NCBI RefSeq assembly: GCF_009914755.1
Contig: NC_060947.1
Strand: one strand, 5' to 3'
DNA length: 64,000 nucleotides
From: the human T2T-CHM13v2.0 reference genome, Homo sapiens
The translations under genes were made by a program, and so were the position numbers. A model generated the notes under the pieces. It was not told the DNA's origin and ran no database searches. It was given only the letters and a program-made list of their open reading frames with translations. Positions 1 to 14,266 of this stretch are shown here, one piece after another (the stretch's first letter is position 1; each line of letters opens with the position of its first letter).

Positions 1-245
1 CAATGCTCCAAGGAAGCTGTGATCATCCAACACCTCCAGGGACAATTTCTTATGAAAACTCCAAGGCAGCCTAAAAGAGGAAGAAAGCAGACAAGAATAA
101 TGAAGCCACACAACGACCACCTAGAACACTGGCTGGCTCTTCCACGAAATCCACAACATCTCTCTATGAAATTCCTATTCATTTGTATAGAAATGTGTAT
201 AGTGCCATCTCCACATAGTAGGCAACAGCAAGAACATCACCTGTC

Positions 246-535
<290 letters not shown>

Positions 536-2328
536 AGCCACCACTTGTCTTAATTCCTCTGTACATCCTATCACCATGAACAATGCCTGACATTTAGAAA
601 ACACTAAACAAATCTGTGTTGAATGATCAAACAGATGTTCAAGAGTTATACAGGTTATGCAGATTATAGTAACAACACCTCCCAGTTTTGCTATTGTTTA
701 CCAGACTGGTTATCAATACATGGGTACTTCCAAAACACTGTTTCTCAAATGTTTAAGGAAATTGTCACATTTTCCTAAGGAGACATGCATGGAGCTCTAA
801 AAGTTTTCCAGTAGGAGAAAGATGGAAGCATGCATCCAAGTCAATCTGGCATCATGATGTGGATATTTATCAGGCCACAAAGGGAACATCATCAAATGAA
901 AAGAGTGTAGACTTTGGACACAAATTCTCCTTGGTCTGGTCAAGTGCATATATATTTAGGCTACACACTTCACTGCTCTGAATCTCAGTTTCCTTGTAAA
1001 ACACTATACAAGATGGTGCATTTCAAGTACATGCTGTAGTGCTAGTTTCTTGAAGACTTCATTCATAATTAAAAGTGTTGATACAATTATCCTGACTTTC
1101 CAGTAAGCCACTGCATGCCTTAGAGGGTATCCTCTTCACCCTTCAGCCCATTTAAAAAGCTGAGGCTGCATTTGAGTTACTTTCCCATTGAGCCTGGAGT
1201 CAACTTTTAAAGGGTCACCACCTCAATTTGTCTTTACATAGATAATATAACTATCCCTACATAAGTCGCTGCTCCTGTGACAATAAAAGAATGCTGTGCA
1301 GGAATGGACATTATGTTGTTAAATGATCCCCTAGGAACAGAAAATATTTCACTAGGTGTTGCAAGGAGGGTGCCTTTAGCATGTTCTTCAACTCAAAATA
1401 TACAAATGTGTTTCTAAGGATTTTGTGGGTTATTCAGAGCATCTGCATCAGAAAATAATTATCCATTTCATTTAAGTAATCAGTTGAACAGAATACATCA
1501 CATGGCTTTTTTTTTTTAAATAAAACATATTGGAGCTGGATCTATCACAGAACAATAATACAATGGGGGGAAATTCCATAGTACATGACATCCTGGGAAA
1601 AGTTCACCAGAGTTGGATGAAAACGCACTGAAAATCTGGATTATAACTTTGAAAGTGACAAATAGCATCTCACCAATGACTGATTTAGGTGTTTGCTTCT
1701 ATCTCTGAATTCTACTGTAGACAACATTTGGATGTCTGCCATACAGCAATCCCATTTCTGAATAATTAAGAGACAGACAAGAAAAACAAAGAGGTGATGT
1801 CCTGTTTGGTTGCTTCTTTCCTGAAAGATTTTTAACCAGAGGTAGCTGTTACTTTCAGCCTGGGGGCCAAAACCACTCTCAAATATTTAAAAGCTACTTG
1901 GGACTAAATGAGATAGTATGTATCCTCAAGGTATTGCACATTCCCTGAAACACAGAGCTCAATAAATGTAGAATTCAGTGGGTGGACTTCTTCCAAGGTA
2001 TATAAAGTTAGTTCCATAAGGAATTCCAGCCCACACCTTAAATTCTCAAACTCAATGTGAATGAGACTATGAGTCACTTATTGGTTATGACTGATCCAGC
2101 TGTATGATCAAAACCCTCCTCTGCCTAAATCTACATCCCACAAGGTCCTGATGGGCAGTGAGCGATTATGAAGCAGCAGCAACCTAAGAAGACGCGCCCA
2201 AGGGCATCTGTACACTTACTAGGTCTAGATTGGGCATTCACAATATTCACAGGTTGAGAGCTATCTTTTTTCACTCCCTTGTTTTTTGAAATTTGGCTAA
2301 TTTGCACAAAATTGCTATAATTAAAGCC

Positions 2329-2543
2329 CAGCGTTTCCCCATCTCAGTATAAATGACATTGTGAACCATATAATTCTTTGTTGTGGGGGCGTCGCCTGTA
2401 CAATGTACAGTATTTTGCAGCATCCCTGACCTCTACTCACTAGATGATAGTGGCACCTCCTACCCAGTTTTAACTATGGAAAATGTCTCTAGATAGTGCT
2501 AGGTAGCCCAGGGGCCAAAACCACCCTCAAGGGAGAATTACTG
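2329..2543 (-). mobile_element. MER20 hAT-Charlie non-autonomous DNA transposon
   Basis: ~215 bp containing ataattctttgttgtggggg...gcagcatccctgacctctactcactagatg...aaaatgtctctaga, matching remembered MER20 reverse complement. Confidence 0.8.
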
Positions 2544-4107
2544 GTTTAAGGCATCAAGTATAAAATTATAGTGGCTGTGTAAATGATTAAGTATCTGTAG
2601 GTATATTTAGTGAATATAATTAGTGCTGTCGTGTATGTGTGTGTGTGTGAAAATATAGTCATATTCAAAAAATTGGCAACTTGTAAATTTTTAGCATTAC
2701 AAGAAATGTTGATATTGAAGATATCAATATTTATTATTGATATCAATCAAATGTGCATTATCATCATTAAAGAACCACTGTAAATTTAACCAACCTACAT
2801 CCTTGTGGGGAAAAAAAAAAACAAGATCTCCCATGTGAGTTTCAAAAACTGAAAAGGATTTCACAAAGGGTGAAACGTGGTTATTGATAGTTATTCATAA
2901 ATAGGTAGATATTTAATATCTCTAAGATAAAGAGGATATGCTACAAAATGAATTCTAAAATTGTTAATGGATTAAAAATTTTAATAAAAAAGGTGAAAAC
3001 TTCATTAAATATATACATATACTTTGGGAGTGAAGAAGGGCTATATAGCATGTATTCTCTGCAAAGACTGCATAAAATAATAATATCTCAGAATGGCATT
3101 TTGACTAATTTATAACTTGATTGGGTATTTTAAATGATTCTCTGCAGGGCAGTTATTCTGACTCAGGTTGCAATTAAGGTGAGGCTCACACTCTTCAGGC
3201 CTATCAGAATTTAAAGTGTTCTGAATAAAAATTGTAATAAATTTCTCCCCAAAGTATACATTCCTTAAATTGAGATTGGTTTAATTTTAAGATACGTATT
3301 TAATTAAGGTGAGCCCTGATGACAGGCATTTTGGTATCTGGACCTTAAAAAGAATAAAGTCACATCTCCTGGGTGTTTATGGCCTTGTCTTTCAAAGGCC
3401 TGGGAATATATTAGAAAACAGGAAGCTTTGTAGATGCTTTTAAAAAAAAATAGGATAACTGAGAAAGAGCACCCTTCCCTGTGTTTTACTTCCAGCCACG
3501 CTGAACGTCTGGGCCCACTGAGATGTCTGCTGCCAGGAGGTTTCTGAGAACAAGAAGCACTTGAGACATCCGCTTCCATCTCACATTCATTACGGAGCAT
3601 CCAGAAAACAAAAGCAACAGAATCTGATCCTTGCCCAAATTACTGGGCTTGTACAATAATCCTTCTATACTGTTCACTAAGAAAGTCTAGAATAGCTATT
3701 CCCAAAACTCTGCATAAGCTACAGACATCTCTGGCTTCCTTTTCTTTTGTGTCTAGTGGAGACAACATTTTAGGGTACCTGAGTGGGATGTGGCTTATCT
3801 TTTGTTCTGAAGCCCAAAGCTCTATGCTGTTACCAAAATGAATGACCACTCTCCACGCATGGCCATGCATGCATGCACACACAAGTCCTCCATCCCTGCT
3901 CAACATCCATCCAACACCAGCAATCTGCCACTTTGTCTATTTTTGTACATGTAGATATTTTAATATTCTGGTTTTTATTTCCCCTCCTACATAAAGGAGA
4001 TTACAATCTAATTTGCCTTTTGTCAAATCTTAAGAGTTCTTTGCACAGTCACCTATGCAGTTTCTATTAAATCTAAAAATGAAATCCCATTTAAAAATCC
4101 ACCATTT

Positions 4108-5175
<1,068 letters not shown>

Positions 5176-5302
5176 AAATTGTCAAATAAAGATTGAATAT
5201 GTTTAAGGTAAAAAAAAATGTTATTGGTATACACACAAAAAAAATTTACCATTTTGAACCATTATCTTTACTATATATTAAGCAATTGGAGAGTAAAAAT
5301 GT

Positions 5303-5431
5303 GGCCAGGCATGGTGGCACATGCCTGTATTGCCAGGTAATTGGGAGGCTGAGCCAGGAGCATCACTTGAGCCCAGGAGTTTGAGTTTAGCCTGGGCAAA
5401 TTAGCAAGACCCCATCTCTTAAAAAAAAAAA
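5303..5431 (+). mobile_element. Alu monomer (FLAM/FAM-like)
   Basis: Single ~120-bp arm ending in poly-A. Confidence 0.8.
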
Positions 5432-5800
5432 GGATGCCAAATGTTCTATCTTCAAGATGATCTTGCACCATATGGCAGCTCAAGGTATCAACTCCATCAC
5501 CTCCCTCACCATTTCTGTTCTTCCACTGAAGTTTAATGGGTCAGGAACATGCATGAGCCATAATTGTAGAAACCAGAATTTTCAGCAGGGGCCTCAGCAG
5601 AACCCAAACTAAACCCAAGGGTAAAGAGTTAATGGCTTATATGTTGCCCAGCCAAGACGAATTGGATAAGAGGATATTCCACAGATAGGAAAGACAAATA
5701 TACCATGAGGAATAGGGCATACATCTTTCTAGAGTAAACTATGTGGACAGAAAGATCCTACACCGACCAAAGAAATAAGACAACACCAAAACTTAGAAGT

Positions 5801-6158
5801 TGGCTTAGTCCATTCAGGCTGCTGTAACAAAATATCATAGCTTGGGGGGCTTATAAACCACAGATATTCATTGCTCACAGCTCTGGAGGCTGGAAGTCCA
5901 AGATCAAGGCATGGTAGATTCAGTGTATGGTGAGGGCCTGCTTCCTAGAGGGCTGTATTTTCCTTATAACTTTGGAAAAGGGGAAAAGGGCAAGGAATCT
6001 CCCTGGGGTATCTTTTAAAATGTCATTAATACCATTCTGGGGCATCCACCCTCATGATCTCATCAGCTCCAAAGGCCCTACCTCCTAGCACCATCACTTT
6101 GGGGTTACAACGTCAACATGGGGATTCTGGAAAGACACAAGCCTTCAGACCACAGAAG
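5801..6158 (-). mobile_element. MaLR LTR (MLT1A/MST-like)
   Basis: cttagtccattcaggctgctgtaacaaaa...ctggaggctggaagtccaagatcaagg is the MaLR LTR reverse complement. Confidence 0.85.
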
Positions 6159-6932
6159 TATCCCGTAAAGATCACTATGCTAGGTAAGGGTACGTAATGG
6201 GGTAAAGAAGGAGTTCCTGCCCACTAGGAGCTTACATTCTCATGAAGGTATCTATCCCTACCTGTGATGCATTTTTTCTTCTTATTCATCTTCTGCATAT
6301 CTAAAGCTAGCACAAGGACTGGCAAATAATAAAAGTGCGTTAATGCTTGATTTTCTGTGTGAAATTAAATGTTTTCCAGACACAATTTCTAAATCTAAAT
6401 CAAATGATTTGCAGATCTCTCTAGGCTTTGTGTTCATCTCTCTCACCGAACTCAAAGTCATATGTCCTCAAGGTCATGGAGGCATACACCTGTAGTGCCA
6501 GCTGATAACATGGTATGTGCCACCATGCCTGTAGTGCCATGACTATTTTCTCTTCAAGAATATAGTCAGATAGACATCTTATGGTGCTCCTAAAAATCTC
6601 ATTCTCCAATCCCCAAACTGCTTCCATGCTTTTGTTTCATATTTGGATAACTAGATCATTACTTTTCTAGTAATTCAGCCTACACTCAAAGCCATCTTTG
6701 TTGGTTTCTCCACCATAAATCCACATCCAGGAAGGAGTCCTCAAATCTACAGATAGCCTCAACATAGGACAAGAGGCTCAATGTCATTCATTATTGGTGA
6801 AATGCAGATGAAATCACAATAGGATTAATAAAAATACAAACAAACAATGATACCAAGTACTGAGCAACGATGTGGAGCAACTAGAACTCCCATGCATCAG
6901 GAAACATGCACGGAAATGTCCACTGCAGCCCC

Positions 6933-7232
6933 ATTTTTTTTTCTTCAACTTTTAAGTTCCAAGGTACATGTGCAGGATGTGCAGGTTTGTGACATAGGTA
7001 AACATGTGCCATGGTGGTTTGCTGCACAAATCAACCCATCACCTATGTATTAAGCCCAGCATCTATTAGCTAGTCTTCCTGATGCTCTCCCCTCCGGGCA
7101 TCCCCAGACAGGCCCAACTGTGTGTTGTTTCCCTCCCCCATGTGTCCATGTGTTCTCATCATTCAGCTCCCACTTATGAGTGAGAACATGCGGTGTTTGG
7201 TTTTCTGTTCCTGCGTTAGTTTGCTGAGGATA
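6933..7232 (-). mobile_element. Short L1PA (PA8-10-like) 3' end within an older L1M-like fragment
   Basis: gtacatgtgcaggatgtgcaggtttg...cccacttatgagtgagaacatgcggtgtttgg; agcccca on both sides. Confidence 0.9.
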
Positions 7233-8262
7233 AATAAGCCCCAATTATAATTGCAAAAAATATTGCCACAATCCAGATATCCATAAATAGGATAATGAAT
7301 AAATAAATGTTGGCATATTAAAACAGAAGGCTTTACAAAACAGTCAAAAATGAATAAAATACAGATATATGGAGGAAAATGGGAAAATCTCAAACATAAA
7401 AGGCAAGTCACAGAAGACTACAAATAGTGTGATTTTATTTACATAATAGTAAAACTAAACAATATATTGCTCAGAGCTATGTTTGTCCTGAAATATACAG
7501 CAAGGACAGTATGAAAACCAAATCTTGGGGGATTAGATTTCACTGAAAGGTAGGAGAGAGGGAAGCAACTCACACTGATATATAAAAACAGTGGGAATGT
7601 TCTCTTTCCTTGTCTGTCAGTGGGTACAATACTATGTATCTGATTATTTTTTACTCTTTAAAATGAATATCCAAATACACATTTTGATACACTTTTTATG
7701 ACTATGATTATTTTACAATGAAAATTTAATCAAAAGATTCTCATCCGTATAAGTTTTACTCAATGACTTTATTTTCCCATGTGCTATCAAACTATCTTGG
7801 ATTTAAAAATTGAAGGGAAAATATAAACTGTTTTCTCCATGATTATGCGACAAGCCCAAGGCAATAGACCATCCACCCACATATTACACAGAAAAGCCCT
7901 GGGATCCTGCCAGCCATGGTAAGCACAGTCATGGAACCTGAGCCTGCTATAGCCCTGGTCACTAATTAGCCAAGTGCCCTCGCCATCAACTCCCTCCACT
8001 GCAAAACGAGGGCTTGTGCCAGTGACCTCTTAAGTTGCTTTCACCACTAAGACGCTCTGACATCTCAGACTATTATCTCCAAAGCAGACTCAGTATAGGA
8101 GCCCAGTGGGAACAGAAAGTCCTTCACTGAAGTAGCAAGGCATAACTGAAGCGAGACAATCCCTACTGCAGAAAATGGCAAGGTTTAGTGTGCCAGAAAC
8201 AGTGAGAGTCAGTGTGGCCTTCCAGCCTATTCTTTAAAAATATTTCTTTCAGTTGCAGTCAG

Positions 8263-8597
8263 GGAGACAGAGAGTAGAATGATGGCTACCAGAGGCTGGG
8301 AAGGGTAATGGGAGAGAGAGAGAAGTGAGGATGGTTAATGGGCACAAAAATATAGACAGAATGAATAAGATCTAGTATTTGATAGCACAACAGGGTGACT
8401 GCAGTCAACATTAATTTACTGTATATTTTTAAATAACTAAAAGCATAATTGGAAAGTCTGTAACACAAAGAAATGATAAATGCTTCAGGTGATGTATACT
8501 CCATTTATTCTAATGTGATTTTTACACATATGCCTATATCAAAATATCTCATGTACCCACAAATATATACACCTACTATGTACATGTAAAAATAAAA
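8263..8597 (+). mobile_element. L1MA (MA2/3-like) 3' UTR
   Basis: agagagtagaatgatggctaccagaggctggg...atagcacaacagggtgact...tatatacacctactatgtac. Confidence 0.85.
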
Positions 8598-8834
8598 TAT
8601 GTTTTCCAACACCAGATAACCTTTATTAGCAGGATATAAAAATGCCACCAGATTTTTCTTTACTTGAATTGTACATGAGGATTTGAAATGAGTATTTACT
8701 GACTTTTTCCCAGAATTCACTGTACTAATTGTACTGTACAAATAATCTTCTTCTTTCCCCTCATATATAAGAGGAGTTGTTTCAAGAGTTTGTACTTTAA
8801 CTTATCATATATGAAATTATATCTATAAAATAAT

Positions 8835-9119
8835 TTTTTTTTTTTTTGAGACAGAGTTTCACTCTGTCACCCAGGCTGGAGTGCAGTGGTGAGATCTCGG
8901 CTCACTACAACTTCTGCCTCCCGGATTATCTTGCCTCAGCCTCCTGAGTAGCCAGGACTACAAGCATATGCCCCCATGCCCAGCTAATTTTTTGTATTTT
9001 TAGTAGAGACAGGGTTTCACCATATTGGCCAGGCTAGTCTTGAACTCCTGACCTCATTATCCGCCCGCCTTGGCCTCCCAGAGTGCTGGGATTACAGGCG
9101 TGAGCCAACGCGCCTGGCC
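8835..9119 (-). mobile_element. AluS-type SINE
   Basis: Poly-T then antisense dimer ending cgcctggcc; small internal deletion. Confidence 0.9.
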
Positions 9120-9260
9120 AAAAATAAATTTTAATATATTATACGTATAGATATCTTCAAACTAACCTGCTATATATAGAGAGAGAATAATATAAAATAT
9201 ATTATTCTATATATAAAAAACATATATATTACAAAATATATTATAAAAATAAAATATAAA

Positions 9261-9740
9261 TAAAATATATTATTCTATATATAATATAGGATATAAAATA
9301 TATTATTCTATATATAATATAGGATATAAAATATATTATTCTATATATAATATAGGATATAAAATATATTATTCTATATATAATATAGGATATAAAATAT
9401 ATTATTCTATATATTATATAGGATATAAAATATATTATTCTATATATTATATAGGATATAAAATATATTATTCTATATATTATATAGGATATAAAATATA
9501 TTATTCTATATATTATATAGGATATAAAATATATTATTCTATATATTATATAGGATATAAAATATATTATTCTATATATTATATAGGATATAAAATATAT
9601 TATTCTATATATAATATAGGATATAAAATATATTATTCTATATATAATATAGGATATATAATATATTATTCTATATATAATATAGGATATAAAATATATT
9701 ATTCTATATATAATATAGGATATAAAATATATTATTCTAC
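9261..9740. repeat. 33-bp AT-rich minisatellite, 14 full copies plus a partial
   Basis: Unit TAAAATATATTATTCTATATAT[A/T]ATATAGGATA; the GG dinucleotide recurs every 33 nt from 9289 to 9718. Confidence 0.97.
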
Positions 9741-10573
9741 ATATAGAATAATATAAAATATAATAAAAAACATATAAAATATATTATTCTATATACATAG
9801 AATAATATAAAACATTCACAGGAGCTTAATACCTCAATATTTTGCTTGGTTATTTGGAGAAATACTTTATATATATAAAACATAGAAGCTTAATATTTCA
9901 ATTGGTTAGTTTGAAGAAATAATATAATAGATAAAAGAAATATTATATTTAGGAGTTTAATTGCTTTAATATTTTGGTTGGCTATTTGCAGAAATACATA
10001 TAAAACATAGATAGGAGCTTAATATTTCAGTTGGTTAGTTTGCAGAAATATTTATATATAAATACGTGGAAAGAGAGAGAGGGAGAAAGAGAGGGAGAGA
10101 CTGACAAATAATTAGTTTGGATATATACATTTTTTGAGGTTTAAAGAGATTTATATAGATACAATACATTAAAACTTATTTTATCCATGTCATTTCATGC
10201 ATGTGCATATGAACATATATATTCGAACTAACCAAGTGAAATATTAAACTATTAAGCTGCTTAGGTTCAGGAATTTTTCCTACTCCATTCCCTGAAAATC
10301 CCGTGTTCCATGCCTTTATGCTACAGATAATCAATACTACCTGTTGCATATGATGCTGATCATCTGTTTTCAGAGAGATGGTCCTACATAAGAGCAAACT
10401 AAGAACAACAGGCTCAAATGCACTATAACAGGCACAAAAACACCTACTCATGTGTGTATTATGTATCTGGGAGGTAGTATGGGGCAGAGGTTTTGTGCAG
10501 TTTTATGACTATGATTCAAATCCTGGCTCTCACTTTAACTCCATCAGCAACCAGAGAAGGGTGTATACACCAT

Positions 10574-11016
10574 TGTGATGGTTAATGCTGAGTGTCAACT
10601 TCATTGGATTGAAGAATGCAAAGTATTGATCCTGGGTGTGTCTCTGAGGGTGTTGCCAAAGGAGATTAATATTTGAGTCAGAGGGCTGGGGAAGGCAGAC
10701 CCACCCTTAATCTGGGTGGGCACCATCTAATCAGCTGCCAGCAAATATAAAGCAGAGACAGAAAAACATGAAAAGACTAGACTAGCTTAGCCTCTAAGTC
10801 TACATCTTTCTCCTGTGCTAGATGCTTCCTGCCCTCAAACATCAGACTCCAAGTCCTTCAGCTTTGGGATTCGGACTGGCTTCCTTGCTCCTCAGCTTGC
10901 AGATGGCCTGTTGTGGGACCTTGTGATCGTGTGAACAAATACTACTTGATAAACTCCCCTTTATATATCTATCTGTCCTATTAGTTCTGTTCCTCTAGAG
11001 AACCCTACCTAATATA
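10574..11016 (+). mobile_element. MLT2A (ERVL) solo LTR
   Basis: Starts tgtgatggttaat, ends ctagagaaccctacctaatata; 5-bp TSD accat at 10569-10573 and 11017-11021. Confidence 0.93.
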
Positions 11017-11178
11017 ACCATCAATGCTTCCATCTCTTATGTGTAAAATGGGCAGAGTAGCAGATGTAACTCAAGGATATTATTGCACGTGCTATGGTTT
11101 GTGTTTGAGAAAGTACAAGAGTATATGAATATACACACCTATATTCACACACCTTACATAAAGATATGCATATGTATG

Positions 11179-11543
11179 TGATATGGTTTGACTGTGTCCC
11201 CACACAAATCTCATCTTGAATTGTAGCTCCCATAATTCCCACGTATAGGGAGAGGGACCCTGTGGGAGATAACTGAATCAAGAGGGCAGTTTCCCCCATA
11301 CTGTTCTCGTGATAGTAAGTCTCATGAGATCTGATGGTTTTATAATGAGGAGTTCCCCTGAACAAGCTCTCTCTTTTTGCCTTCCGCCATGTAAGACATG
11401 CCTTTGTTCTTACCTTGCCTTTTGCCATAATTGTGAAGCCTCCCCAACCACATGGAACTGTGAGTCCATTAAATCTCTTTTTCTTTATAAATTACCCAGT
11501 CTCCGGTATGTCTTTATCAGCAGTGTGAAAAAAGACTAATACA
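11179..11543 (+). mobile_element. THE1 (B/C-like) MaLR solo LTR
   Basis: tgatatggtttgactgtgtcccc...gactaataca; flanks gtatg and gtaca are both derivable from GTACG by CpG decay. Confidence 0.93.
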
Positions 11544-11736
11544 GTACATATATGTAAACACATATAAATTTAGAACAATAAGTATTCCCCAAAGAAATCC
11601 TAGCTAATTACAATTATTCACTGAGGTACCACTGAATGCTTCCAAGGTGAAACCCATTTTGATAAAATGTAAAGATACACCAATCAAGTACCCATCCTCA
11701 AGTAGTAAACACTCCAGCTGATGAGATGAAGCTTGC

Positions 11737-11856
11737 CTTTCAATTGCTACAATTAAGCCAGCCTGTGCTCCATTGCTTTTCAACTGTTACCATGAAGCCA
11801 GCCTGTGCTCCATTGCTTTTCAATTGCTACCATGCAGCCAGCCTGTGGTCCACTGC
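11737..11856. repeat. 40-bp tandem repeat, 3 copies
   Basis: Consensus cttttcaattgctaccatgaagccagcctgtgctccattg; period 40 seen at 11761 vs 11801. Confidence 0.92.
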
Positions 11857-14118
11857 CTCCCACCTGCTCCTTCTGTGGGATGGTGGGCTTCTGCAGAATG
11901 GACTTTGCAATGGAGTGCCCAGAAGATGCTTCTACAATTTTAGACATGTAGAGAGAGCTAGGCCAGAGGACTTCTGTAAAGACAGCATAGAGGGGGTAAG
12001 CATTGACATTCAAGAATTAAGACCACCAAGATTTACAAAGAGTGGGGAAGATGATACCACACTGAACATTCACATTATGTCACCATTACTTCCTCAATGC
12101 TTACATTCATTGCTAGACTATGATAAGTATCTAAGGGCAAAGCCCAGAGATGACTAATACTTGAACTTGGAAGACAGAAGGTCTTCAGTAAACACTATTA
12201 AATTAAAAGGAAGAAAAGAGACACAAGGAAACCAGAAGGAACCAGGACACAGAAGACAGAAAATTGGCAAGGTTAGGTTTCAGGGCATTCTCCTTAGCTC
12301 ATCTCCTGTGGGTACCACAACCACAGAAGATGAGCTACTTCCACCACCTGCTCCACTCATGTTTCCACCATAAAATTCTCATAGGCTTCACGATGTAGTC
12401 CCTATTGTTTTTGCCTGCAGGAATTTCACTCATTGACACAGCAGTAAAGTGTTAGAGTATTACTTTCAGCCAATGTCAAATAAGCCAGTTTCTGAAAAGG
12501 TATCACAACTAGTTCTGGGAATATATTTGCCTGCAATTTAGCAAACAAAATAAAGAATTCTAGATACCCAGTCACTTTTAACCTCATTTCCTTTAAAAGG
12601 CTTTCTCATTGCTGTATCTGATGGACAGAGATAATATTGATCATGTAAAGGAAATATTTAAGCCAGAGTGGAAGCTGAGTGAGTTCTTCTACAAAGGAAA
12701 ACTGTCAGTTTGAGTAAGAAAAAAACACTCAATTTCTAAATAGCACAGTTTAACCTGCAGTTAGTACTTCTGACCTGGCACGACCCTCAACTGGCAGTGG
12801 GTCTGCAGATGGTTGATCATGTGGACAGTTGGAGGTTAATGTGGACAAGAACAAGTGTGTACTCCCAAGTGCAAGACAGGAGCCAGAACCCTCTGGAGTA
12901 ATACTGTTGAGTGTATCTCTATGTCTCTTACATAAGGAGCTTCATAACCACTGCCCATACCTCTCCTAATGAACTGTGCAATATCCGAAAAGCTGAGTGT
13001 CTTCAGAACGTTTCCCAAGACACCACCTGTGACCCCAGGACCAGCTCCATCTCACAACCCTGGCTAGAGTGCTCCATTTTCTGTAGCACAGATCCTATTT
13101 GCTAAGGTTACTTTGTTTTAGGCAGACGGCTCTATCTGAGAAGTTCCTATTTCGGTGTGATGCTTGCTCTGGCAGCCTACACTCTTTTCTCATGTGCTTC
13201 TGACAGTGCAGAATGACAAGGTGAGGGCCTTACAAGGTGTTCGGCTCTAGATTACTAAACACCACCTTTCCCACACAGTTTATTTCCTGAGTATGACACT
13301 GTACAAGCTCCCAGGAAAGGCAAGCTTCATCCTCAGGCTTGAACCTCATCACCTCCACCCACTCCCCAAAATGTTTCCTCTGCCCTCCCCAGACAGGAAT
13401 ATTAATTTGTGAAAACAGGCTCTATCCCAGTGAGTCAGTTACTCCAGAGAGGCTTCTTGTCCTGGGGTCAGAACTTAACTGAGATCAGACCTTCCATCTC
13501 TAGGAAATAACCAAGGCTTCCAAGATCCAGCATATAGACAACAGGCTTCTCATAAAAACCTCTGTGTCTCACATTAGCATGGGAAGGAAGAATAGGATGG
13601 AAGAAAAGAGTCGTAAAAGGAAGGCTCTTTTAAACAGGGTTCAGGAAGGAAAGAGGTGCAAAGTCAAGAGACAGAATCAGGGTAGACCCAAGAATATACC
13701 TCAGGAATCAAAGGCAACTATCTCCTAAAACTACCTCCAAAGCCTTACAAACATTCAAACAAGACAAAATTCATTAAAATGAAATGTTTTTTGCCAAAAA
13801 TGTCAGTAAATAGCAGTCAATATTAATTGATATTGACACTTCCAAGCTTTTTAAATGAAAATAACATGAAGATTCTAATCTGCCAGATTCTTCACTTTCT
13901 TTTTGACATAAAAATAATTATCTCAGTATAGAATGCTCTATGCTGCAAACTAGTGACTCTCACATTCCCACCTCTGGCAAAATTCCTACTACACATGCAG
14001 GTTTTTTAAAGAAAACAGAGGTATAATAAATAAATCAAAACCTTTCCTCTACACAATTCTAAATGCAGATGTTCTCCACCCTAAGTCCAAAAACCCCAAT
14101 CCCACCCAGGTGTCTTTA

Positions 14119-14266
14119 TTTATTTTTTTGTGAGTACATAGCAGGTGTATATACATATACATATATATATATATGGGGCACATGAGTTGTTTTGATACAG
14201 GCATGCAATATGTAATAATCACATCATGAAGAATGGGGTATCATACCCTCAAGCATTTATCCTTTG
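14119..14266 (-). mobile_element. Short L1MA 3' end with 17-bp TSD
   Basis: ttttgatacaggcatgcaatatgtaataatcacatcat; TSD ccacccagg[t/a]gtcttta at 14102-14118 and 14267-14283. Confidence 0.85.

Noticed and set aside
5303-5431. 7SL RNA pseudogene
   Set aside because: Lacks the 7SL S-domain; it is an Alu monomer.
9261-9740. CRISPR-like array or identity with FRA16B
   Set aside because: No unique spacers and eukaryotic context; shares only unit length and AT richness with FRA16B as I recall it.
11726-12157. 143-aa ATG ORF
   Set aside because: Runs through a 40-bp (non-triplet) tandem repeat; no recognisable domain or splice context.
12961-13026. 66-nt minus-strand exon candidate (GVLGNVLKTLSFSDIAQFIRR) with GAG|gtatgg donor
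   Set aside because: Acceptor lacks a pyrimidine tract and I do not recognise the peptide.
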